A stretch of 64,000 nucleotides of DNA from an uncultured Alphaproteobacteria bacterium (GCA_902600225.1 CACKIH010000002.1:13743-77742), one strand, 5' to 3'. Numbered from the stretch's first letter, positions 54,845 through 62,533 are shown. The notes: generated from the letters alone by a model not told the origin. Translations and numbers: made by a program.

Positions 54845-56380
54845 CTATTTCTTTTTAAAAATTATTTTTACTTCTGAATTAGGTTGAATTTCACTAAGTG
54901 TGTCTTCTTTTTTTTTATATGAAAACTTAATAGAATTTTTTTTATTACTAAAATTAAATATTCTCAATTCTGTTTTTTCATCTGACAATTCACGAATCAA
55001 CGGCAAACACCCTGCTGTTATAGTAGCTGATTTAAATTTTATTAAATAATCAGATTTTCCAAGGTTTTCATTACTACCAATAATTAACTTTGTATAACAT
55101 CCTGTAACCGGTCCAATTCCCCAATTTCTACCATGTCCAGATATTATAGAGCTAAAATGCTTTCCAGAGTCTGAGTGTTCACAGCCAAGACGGAGTATGG
55201 ATGAAGCAATTTTAATTTTTTTAGCAGCAGTTCTAAAAGCCCTTTCTGCGTATTCAATTTTACCAGTAATATTATACAGCAATGAGAAATATGAAGTTGA
55301 GGGTTCTGTTAATTCTTTAGGCTCAAAAGCGTTAAAGAAATACCAATAAATCATGTCTTTTCTATTTCCTAAACCAGGTCTTCTAATTGTTTGGTTCTGT
55401 GGAAATGTTAACATGATTTCTGAATCGTCATAAGGTTTTAAATTAGATATAGAATCTAAAACTAACTTATCAAAATAATAATCAGAAAAAGCATTTCTAT
55501 AATAAGAAATAATTGCTCCCACATTATCAGAATATGGATGCTTAATGATAGGGATTAATTTTTTGATTATTTTTTTTGAGGCTTCCAAAAAAATATTATC
55601 ATTTGTTATATGATAAAGCTCGCCAAATATATATATAAAACCTGATGTAATTAAATTTTCAATTCCTGAAAAGGGATCATCTTTGAAATGATGGTGGTTT
55701 GATGCTAAAAATTTTTCTTCTGGGTTTATCATATCTTTTGAAAAAAACTCATCCCATTCACAATTCCAAGCAACGGGTATGGTTTCTTTTGCAATAATGA
55801 TTTTCTCAGCAAATTTTTTACTATAATTAATTGACCAGTCTAAATATTTTTGATCTGAAGTTATATTCCATGCCAGTAAAGATATATGAACAAATCTTAA
55901 ATGATCAGCAGTATTAAATTTGTAATTGTCTCTTTCGCTTATACCATCGCTACCAAAATACCAGCTGTTAAAGTTTTTAAGTGAATAATTATACCAGTCT
56001 TCAGTTTCTTTATCCCAATTTCCAATTAATTTAGAAACATTTATAATTAATTCTTTTGCTTTTACATCTTCAGGAAAGAGATCTATGTATCTAGGTAAAA
56101 AACCTAAAAAAAGTTCTGATCCATGATGAACATCCTCCATTTTAAAATATCCTTTGTGGAGATTTTTTTCTGCCCAGTTGATCAATTTTTTTCCCATATA
56201 AAATAAAAAATTTTTATTAGATTCATTTGGATCTATTAAATAATCATGGAAAAGAGATATACAATAATTTGCATTATCACCTTGATAAATTGAATTAGAA
56301 AAACTGTCTAACGCTTCTTTATTAATAAGTTTTTTGATTTCTTGATTTATTGTTAATGCTGATTCAAATAAAATTTTCAT
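54845..56380 (-). CDS. Hypothetical protein (511 aa), island orphan
   Basis: Long ORF that overlaps the upstream sulfotransferase gene by 4 nt. The first ~400 aa are rich in aromatics (W/Y/F/H), followed by a ~100-aa beta-rich tail. I recognise no family. Confidence 0.5.
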   Translation of the reverse strand: MKILFESALTINQEIKKLINKEALDSFSNSIYQGDNANYCISLFHDYLIDPNESNKNFLFYMGKKLINWAEKNLHKGYFKMEDVHHGSELFLGFLPRYIDLFPEDVKAKELIINVSKLIGNWDKETEDWYNYSLKNFNSWYFGSDGISERDNYKFNTADHLRFVHISLLAWNITSDQKYLDWSINYSKKFAEKIIIAKETIPVAWNCEWDEFFSKDMINPEEKFLASNHHHFKDDPFSGIENLITSGFIYIFGELYHITNDNIFLEASKKIIKKLIPIIKHPYSDNVGAIISYYRNAFSDYYFDKLVLDSISNLKPYDDSEIMLTFPQNQTIRRPGLGNRKDMIYWYFFNAFEPKELTEPSTSYFSLLYNITGKIEYAERAFRTAAKKIKIASSILRLGCEHSDSGKHFSSIISGHGRNWGIGPVTGCYTKLIIGSNENLGKSDYLIKFKSATITAGCLPLIRELSDEKTELRIFNFSNKKNSIKFSYKKKEDTLSEIQPNSEVKIIFKKK

Positions 56381-57003
56381 TTTTGTATTAATTTAAAGTC
56401 TTTTGCATATATTTTTTCAATTTTATCAATCTGCAAGCCAGTCAGTTTTACTTTAATATCACTTCCACCAGTTTGGATTTTGGGAAAGATAACTTTTCTT
56501 GAAAAAAAATCGTTAACCTGTTCAGCAAAAAAACTAATCTCTTCTACTGTAGACCAAAAAGTATAATAACTTAAATCTTCACCCAAAAAATACACCTGCG
56601 GTAAAAAATGTCTATTCTCAAAATTATTATTTTCAAGCTTTTCAAGTATCATATCAACTGAATGATCTTTAAATTGAATATCGCGATGATAAAGTATTCT
56701 GTTTTTATATGCAGAAATAAACCTTTTAATAGGGTCTCTTACAATACAACATTTAATATCTACATTAATTCTTTCAAAAGGCTGTTTGGATGGAATTATT
56801 CCTATAATATTTTGTTTGCTCCCATATTGCTCCGGAGTTTGTTCTATCTGGGGTATTTCATCTCCTAAAAAAAGATAGTGTTTATCAATGTTTAAATGTT
56901 TAGCAAAAAACATTTTAGCAGAAGTGTTAGCGTTTTTAGGACATGGGTAGTAGATTAGTTTTTTATTTGTAATCTTATTAGTAAATACAGCATATTTTGA
57001 CAT
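56377..57003 (-). CDS. Sulfotransferase (Sulfotransfer_2/carbohydrate-type-like)
   Basis: The 5'-PSB-like motif is YYPCPKNANTSAKMFF and the 3'-PB-like motif is CIVRDPIKRFISAYKNR. Length is 208 aa. Confidence 0.65.
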   Translation of the reverse strand: MSKYAVFTNKITNKKLIYYPCPKNANTSAKMFFAKHLNIDKHYLFLGDEIPQIEQTPEQYGSKQNIIGIIPSKQPFERINVDIKCCIVRDPIKRFISAYKNRILYHRDIQFKDHSVDMILEKLENNNFENRHFLPQVYFLGEDLSYYTFWSTVEEISFFAEQVNDFFSRKVIFPKIQTGGSDIKVKLTGLQIDKIEKIYAKDFKLIQK

Positions 57004-57055
57004 TTTCTATTTACTAAAAAAATTTAAGATATATTTTCTTCTTAATAAATAAATC

Positions 57056-57652
57056 ATGTCTAATCCTAATCTTTTCTTCTCTACACCTGTTTGGGTTTCT
57101 AATATAAATAATTATAAAGAAACTAATGAAAAAATATATCATTACATTAAAGATTTATATAGTGAAGATAACAAAGGAATCATTCGAAGCAATGTTAAAG
57201 GCTGGCACTCCAACAATTTTAATTTAGAAGATGAAAATGTAGTTGAATTTATTAATTTGATTTCTCCAAATATTAACAATGTTTTAAATGATATGAATTG
57301 GGATATAACTAAACAAAGAGCAAGGATGTCAGCTATGTGGGCAATCATTAATATTGGCGGAGCTTCCAATTCTAGACATCATCATGGAAATTGCGACATA
57401 AGTGGAGCATATTATGTAAGAGCACCTAAAAATTGTGGTGAGATTGTTTTTTATGATCCAAGACCCGCCCCAGTATACTTTCATCCATTATCAACAAAAC
57501 CAAACAGTTTAAATGCTATGCAGAATTCAGTAAATCCTGTGGAAGGTGGTCTAGTTATCTTTCCTAGTTATTTAGATCATTCAGTGAACCCAAATCTCAG
57601 TAATCAAGAGAGAATTGTAATAAGTTTTAATATTAATTTAGTTAGGAAATAA
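57056..57652 (+). CDS. 2OG-Fe(II) oxygenase superfamily protein (TIGR02466/PF13759-like)
   Basis: Contains FSTPVWVSNI, KGWHSNNF, SNSRHHHGNCDISGAYYV, LVIFPSYLDHSVNPN and RIVISFNI. This pattern is typical of the small marine/phage 2OG oxygenase family. Confidence 0.7.
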   Translation: MSNPNLFFSTPVWVSNINNYKETNEKIYHYIKDLYSEDNKGIIRSNVKGWHSNNFNLEDENVVEFINLISPNINNVLNDMNWDITKQRARMSAMWAIINIGGASNSRHHHGNCDISGAYYVRAPKNCGEIVFYDPRPAPVYFHPLSTKPNSLNAMQNSVNPVEGGLVIFPSYLDHSVNPNLSNQERIVISFNINLVRK

Positions 57653-57655
57653 ATT

Positions 57656-58495
57656 TTATAATTTTACGAACAATTTTTTTATATCCTGTTCTTTATATAA
57701 TTTGTCATCTGTTTTGTAATATGGAGATACTATGCATATGTTTTTATTATACTTATCATCCTTGTTAATTTTAAAATTGTTTTTAAATTCAGTAATTTTT
57801 CTGTAAATTATAAAATCATAATAATAATATTGATTAATTAAATTTATATCTTCTTTTTTGGGTGAATAAAAAAAATTATATTTATGTTCTTGAAACTTAG
57901 AATATAAAATTGATGGAAATCCAAATAAACTAAGTATTTCTGACAAAAACTGATCCCAATTTTCAAGTGTATAGATTGAATCAAATGACTTAGTGTTGTT
58001 AATAGCTTCTAAACAGACATTATCTACAATTTCTTTTTTTTCATTTAAAAAACCAGAAAAGTGTCTTGTTATCAAATTATCCCTATTCTTTCTAACTTCT
58101 TCATTTATAAATATCTGAAAAGGATATTTTTCTGGTGTTGTGTTTAATCTAAAAACCATAAATTTATAATGTGAAATTACTCTGCTTATTGGTTCTCTAA
58201 CAACAGAACATTTGTATATATTTTTTAAATTATTACAAAAATCATAATTTAAATGGCCTGAGATAAAATACTTTTTTGAATAATCAATTTCGTTTTGGCT
58301 TAATTTATTTTTTTTTATTTCCTTACTATTTTTAAATCTTTTGAAATTATAATTTTTTAAAATTGAAAAAACTTTTACAAAAATATGGTCAATAGTTGTG
58401 CCTCCACATTTTGGTATATGCATAAAGTATATGGATTTATCTAAATTATTTTTAGTATTAATTTTGCTGGGAACAAATTTAAGTTCTATTTTCAT
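57656..58495 (-). CDS. Sulfotransferase (Sulfotransfer_2/3-like)
   Basis: The 5'-PSB is FMHIPKCGGTTIDHIF and the 3'-PB is SVVREPISRVISHYKF. Length is 279 aa. Confidence 0.7.
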   Translation of the reverse strand: MKIELKFVPSKINTKNNLDKSIYFMHIPKCGGTTIDHIFVKVFSILKNYNFKRFKNSKEIKKNKLSQNEIDYSKKYFISGHLNYDFCNNLKNIYKCSVVREPISRVISHYKFMVFRLNTTPEKYPFQIFINEEVRKNRDNLITRHFSGFLNEKKEIVDNVCLEAINNTKSFDSIYTLENWDQFLSEILSLFGFPSILYSKFQEHKYNFFYSPKKEDINLINQYYYYDFIIYRKITEFKNNFKINKDDKYNKNICIVSPYYKTDDKLYKEQDIKKLFVKL

Positions 58496-58584
58496 GATGT
58501 CAGTATGACTAATAACAAATCTAAGTTTAATATAGCATATTGAGATGTTGCTTTAATGTCACGCAATATTTTTTAGAGAAAAGA

Positions 58585-58621
58585 TGGAGCAGGCTAAGAA
58601 GTTCGGGCCATCGACTTCAAC
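58585..58621 (-). other. Decayed copy of the 3' half of tRNA-Gly(GCC) (att-like scar / pseudo-tRNA fragment)
   Basis: I aligned tggagcaggctaagaagttcgggccatcgacttcaac to tggagcgggcgaagggattcgaaccctcgacttcaac (60502-60538) by hand. They match at 29 of 37 positions in the same orientation. The copy includes the CCA end and stops at the anticodon stem. Confidence 0.65.
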
Positions 58622-58745
58622 TATGTAATGCTTACAAACATTAAAGGATAAGCAAAGTTTTAGGATAATATATCTTTTATTAGACCAAAAATATTGAATT
58701 ATTTTTTATTGATAGCATGTTAATAATGAATAAAAGAAAGTTCTA

Positions 58746-60368
58746 ATGAATTATAAAGATCTAATTAAATATGGAATTAATTTAGCACAAAATGGAAAGC
58801 TTATAGAGGCTGAGAATAATTTTAAGATAGCTATTGAAAAAGATTCAGGTCTTACTGATTCATATATTAATTTGGCAAATGTATATATAATGCAGAGGAA
58901 AATTGAAGAGGCCATTAATTTATTAAAGACCTATTTAATTAATATATCTTTTAATCAAAATATCATTGATCATATTTGGAAAATTAGCCAAAATTTTAAT
59001 AGAGAAGAAAAGTTCTTTGAAATAATTAATTCTTATGAGGATTCAAAAAATCTAAATAAAAAAGAATTAGCTTACATATATTATATACATGGAAGATATT
59101 ATGCTAAATTAAATGACATTGAATTGTCAATTAAATATTTTAAAAAATCTATATTTTTTGATGAACTATTCACTGATAGTTACATCAATCTTTTAGACTG
59201 GTTAGAAAGAATAAATGAAATTTCGCAAGCAAACTTATATTTAAATAAGTTTAATAATATAGTAAAAAAAACTGATTATAAAATAAAGTTTTTTGAAGCA
59301 TTATTATTGTCAAGAGGAAAAAAATTTAAAGCATCTGAAAATATTCTAAATAAATATAAATTAGAAAAATATTTCGAAAAAGATAAATACTATTTCATTA
59401 AACTATTAAATCTTAAATCAAAAAATAATGAAAGGTTAAAAAATTTTTCAATAGCTTATAATTCTATTGTGAAAAGAAACTTATTTTTATCTAGTTTAGA
59501 AGAAAATCAAAAAATTGATAGGGGTGATATTGATCAAACAATACAAAATTATAAAGAAGTTTACTCAAAAGAAAATAAACATGTTGATATAAATAAATTA
59601 AAAATAGGTAAAGAAATTGACCTGACTTTTTTAATTGGATTTCCTAGATCAGGTACTACTTTACTAGATACTATATTACGCACTCATTCAAAAACACTTG
59701 TTTTAGAGGAAAAACTTTATCTTGAAAACACAAGAAATTATTACTTTACTTCTAAAAATAATAAACTTGATGCGATTAAAAACATTTCATTAAAAGAAAT
59801 AATAAATTTGCGCAAATATTATTTTGATCAAATAAACATTGATGATAAAAATATAACAACAGTAATTGATAAACTACCTCTTACAATTACAGAATTGGGA
59901 TTTGTAAAAAAAATTTTTCCAGATGCTAAAATAATTCTGGCATTAAGACATCCATGTGATGTGGTCATAAGCTGTTTTTTTAGCTCTTTCAAAATGAATA
60001 GGGCAATGATTAATTTTTTGAGTATTAAAAACACAGTAGATTTTTATAATAAAGTATTAGATCTATTTGAATTTTATGAGAACAAGTTAAATCTCGAAAT
60101 TATAAAAATAAAATATGAAGATATTGTCTTTGATTTTGAAAATGAAACAAAAAAATTATTTAAATTTTTAAATCTTGACTATGAGAGTAGTATAAATAAA
60201 TTTTATGAAACTGCTAAAAGTAGAAAAATGATATCAACACCCAGTTACTCACAAGTAACTAATCCTATTTATTCAAGCTCTATTGATAGATGGAAAAATT
60301 ATGAATCTTTAGTCAAAATTGAAAAACCTTTAAGAAAATGGATAAAGAGACTGAATTATTTAAACTGA
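58746..60368 (+). CDS. TPR-repeat protein with C-terminal sulfotransferase domain
   Basis: The N-terminal ~280 aa are TPR-like helical repeats. The C-terminal part carries the 5'-PSB LIGFPRSGTTLLDTIL and the 3'-PB LALRHPCDVVISCF. Confidence 0.75.
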   Translation: MNYKDLIKYGINLAQNGKLIEAENNFKIAIEKDSGLTDSYINLANVYIMQRKIEEAINLLKTYLINISFNQNIIDHIWKISQNFNREEKFFEIINSYEDSKNLNKKELAYIYYIHGRYYAKLNDIELSIKYFKKSIFFDELFTDSYINLLDWLERINEISQANLYLNKFNNIVKKTDYKIKFFEALLLSRGKKFKASENILNKYKLEKYFEKDKYYFIKLLNLKSKNNERLKNFSIAYNSIVKRNLFLSSLEENQKIDRGDIDQTIQNYKEVYSKENKHVDINKLKIGKEIDLTFLIGFPRSGTTLLDTILRTHSKTLVLEEKLYLENTRNYYFTSKNNKLDAIKNISLKEIINLRKYYFDQINIDDKNITTVIDKLPLTITELGFVKKIFPDAKIILALRHPCDVVISCFFSSFKMNRAMINFLSIKNTVDFYNKVLDLFEFYENKLNLEIIKIKYEDIVFDFENETKKLFKFLNLDYESSINKFYETAKSRKMISTPSYSQVTNPIYSSSIDRWKNYESLVKIEKPLRKWIKRLNYLN

Positions 60369-60501
60369 AACTTCCTTTTGAGTTGGACAATTGAATAGAT
60401 ACATTATTCAATTTAATTGTTTTAAATTATGAAACAAATACCTTAAATATATTGAATTATATTGAGGAGTTTATTACAGAAATAAAAATGGAGTTAGAAT
60501 T

Positions 60502-60576
60502 TGGAGCGGGCGAAGGGATTCGAACCCTCGACTTCAACCTTGGCAAGGTTGCGCTCTACCCCTGAGCTACGCCCGC
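60502..60576 (-). tRNA. tRNA-Gly (anticodon GCC), CCA encoded
   Basis: I folded the cloverleaf by hand. The acceptor stem is GCGGGCG/CGCCCGC, the D arm GCTC-AGGGGTA-GAGC, the anticodon arm CAACC-TTGCCAA-GGTTG and the T arm GAGGG-TTCGAAT-CCCTT, with 3' TCCA. Total length is 75 nt. Confidence 0.95.
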
Positions 60577-60630
60577 TTAAAATAGACAATTACCACTTTG
60601 TATTTATAAGTCAATATTTGAGGAAATGAT

Positions 60631-61449
60631 TTATTTAAATCTTTTTCTGTAAACAATATCAACAAGCAACATATGTGGAAGAGTTAATGCAGCTAGGCCA
60701 ATAAACATTACTTTTAATATCGATTCATATAGAGACAAATTTTGAAACAAATAGTAAATTATTCCTAAACCACCAACCCAAGAAATTACTGTGAAAACTA
60801 ATGTTGAATAGATGACAAATTTTTTATTTTTTAAATTTAAATAAATATTTTTGATCAAATGCTTTAGATGTTTATAAGTATGAAAAAAACAAAAATATAT
60901 TGCAAAACTTAGTAATGGATCAAAGTAATGAAAAATTAACAAAAGAAATAAAATTTCAATGACCCCTTGTCTTAATTTTTTTTCAAAAAAAGATAAATAA
61001 ATGAAATATATTATTGATAAAAAGGTTAAAGAATATGGAATGAATAGATATTTCTGAATCAAATAAATTTTACTATTAGTTAAATATTCAAATATTAAAA
61101 AAGATTGATTTTCATTAAAGAAAATAATACCAAAAATAATTGTCATACCGTAGGTAAAGCTTACAGAATACTTGTATTTATTTATTTTAAAGTTTGTCCA
61201 ATCACATAATCCAAAATGGACAACAGTCATCATAATAAAAATAGTTAATCCAGCAATAGGAAAATATAACCAAAATAAAATAACTAGAAAGAATAAAACG
61301 AGGTAGTAAAAGAGAAATTGTAGGAATTGAATTCTATTTCTAAAACCTACTAATGAAGCAACTGCACCATCGAATGAACCGTGAGGCAATCCAATAAAAA
61401 AAATTAATAAAAAGGAAATTATATTTAATATTGTAAGATCAGTGATCAT
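60631..61449 (-). CDS. blh: Beta-carotene 15,15'-dioxygenase, Brp/Blh family (retinal synthesis)
   Basis: A polytopic membrane protein with GLPHGSFDG, VVHFGLCDW, FFHTYKHLKH and LPHMLL His motifs. It is the last gene of the crt cluster. Confidence 0.85.
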   Translation of the reverse strand: MITDLTILNIISFLLIFFIGLPHGSFDGAVASLVGFRNRIQFLQFLFYYLVLFFLVILFWLYFPIAGLTIFIMMTVVHFGLCDWTNFKINKYKYSVSFTYGMTIIFGIIFFNENQSFLIFEYLTNSKIYLIQKYLFIPYSLTFLSIIYFIYLSFFEKKLRQGVIEILFLLLIFHYFDPLLSFAIYFCFFHTYKHLKHLIKNIYLNLKNKKFVIYSTLVFTVISWVGGLGIIYYLFQNLSLYESILKVMFIGLAALTLPHMLLVDIVYRKRFK

Positions 61450-61450
61450 T

Positions 61451-62533
61451 TTATCTAAATAGTTCTTTTATAAATGGTAGCTTGGGCATACTTTTAATGA
61501 TCTTTAACTTAGTTAATATACTAGACTCTCCCATCATAAAACTTTGGAACTCGTTTCCATTTAAATTAGAAGCAAGCTTAATAAAAGATTGGCCATCTTC
61601 ATTATTATTTTTTAAAAAACTTATGAAAATTTTGTCCATTTTTCTTTCTAAAAATCTATGAATATTTACATTATTTTTTTTCGAGTTTTTTAATAATTGA
61701 ATGTGTTTAATAAGAAATGCAAAAGCATATCCTGTTGAAGGTTTGCAAGCCCCTCCCCTTATTCCAATGTTGAAAATATTAGGACTAGGAGAATTTTTTT
61801 CTTCTGCAAAAAACATCGGTATCACACCTTTTTCAGAGCTAATTTCTCTAAATTCATTGATATTTTTTAATTGTAGGTAGTGATTTATTTTCTCTCTGTA
61901 CCAAGAACTTTTTAAAACCTCTTTTGAAAAAACTGTAGATTCAATAAGAGCCTTATTATGACTAAAGGGTAAAATATACATAAAATGCAAAAGGTTTTTT
62001 TCTTTAGTAAAATGCATTAAAGTTAATTCATTTTCGTTAAAAGTGTTGTCCGGTACGGTAATATTAATTCCGAAGAAGTGTTGCAGTAACTCACCTTTTT
62101 TTTCTTTTTTAGATCGTGAATCGTATATTTTTTCTGCATAATATTCATTGTTATCCGCTGTAACAATCTTAAAATGATTTTGTAAAGGACTGTATTTTAG
62201 GACTTTCTTATTTTTTATTTCTAATTTGTTTTTTGTTTCTAAGCAAAATTTTTTCCATTTTTTAAAACTAATTACACAATATGGTTTATCTATACTTGTA
62301 TGTGTAATTTTAGTTTTTTTATTACCAATAGACCATTTAAACCATTTCTTTTCAATAATGTGTTCAAACGGTTTCATCCAGTCGACTAACCAGAAACCAA
62401 AAAAATTATCTCTATTGTTTATATCTCCATTATCAAATGCGATAATCTCATCAACACTATTTCCATAAAGAATTTTATTAACAGCTAAGCCGCTAGGACC
62501 TAAACCAATTATAGCAGCTTTATAAATTTTCAT
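61451..62533 (-). CDS. crtY: Lycopene beta-cyclase CrtY
   Basis: Has the N-terminal FAD fold IIGLGPSGLAV. It is 360 aa and sits between crtB and blh. Confidence 0.8.
   Translation of the reverse strand: MKIYKAAIIGLGPSGLAVNKILYGNSVDEIIAFDNGDINNRDNFFGFWLVDWMKPFEHIIEKKWFKWSIGNKKTKITHTSIDKPYCVISFKKWKKFCLETKNKLEIKNKKVLKYSPLQNHFKIVTADNNEYYAEKIYDSRSKKEKKGELLQHFFGINITVPDNTFNENELTLMHFTKEKNLLHFMYILPFSHNKALIESTVFSKEVLKSSWYREKINHYLQLKNINEFREISSEKGVIPMFFAEEKNSPSPNIFNIGIRGGACKPSTGYAFAFLIKHIQLLKNSKKNNVNIHRFLERKMDKIFISFLKNNNEDGQSFIKLASNLNGNEFQSFMMGESSILTKLKIIKSMPKLPFIKELFR

Larger units (their letters stand above)
53863..60501. mobile_element. Putative integrase-less genomic island / hypervariable segment flanking tRNA-Gly
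   Basis: All six genes are non-housekeeping. The segment is bounded by the core gene purH and by the 3' end of tRNA-Gly, and it contains a decayed direct copy of the tRNA 3' half. I found no integrase or transposase. Confidence 0.45.

Noticed and set aside
60389-60413. Inverted repeat aattgaat-N9-attcaatt between the TPR-sulfotransferase gene and tRNA-Gly, considered as an integrase or att core site.
   Set aside because: It is a short AT-only palindrome that is expected by chance in this composition. It is more simply a weak 3' hairpin for the upstream gene, and it has no partner copy near the tRNA scar.
53863-60630. Search for an integrase, excisionase, transposase or phage structural genes associated with the tRNA-Gly island.
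   Set aside because: None of the ORFs shows the tyrosine-recombinase R..H..R..Y pattern, DDE motifs or phage hallmarks. The island is therefore reported as integrase-less and possibly a remnant.
1008-62468. About 35 further short (61-113 aa) track ORFs lie antisense or off-frame within larger genes. Examples are 1008-1214, 2150-2344, 6412-6729, 8290-8544, 9164-9412, 11981-12208, 15885-16139, 17683-17967, 21179-21409, 25961-26224, 28430-28648, 29820-30089, 36276-36500, 41581-41793, 43313-43534, 47095-47436, 51696-51935, 56662-56868, 57142-57369, 59828-60034 and 62226-62468.
   Set aside because: Each is nested in a longer ORF with clear family motifs. AT-rich genomes generate few stops in some antisense frames. 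None has independent signals or recognisable domains.
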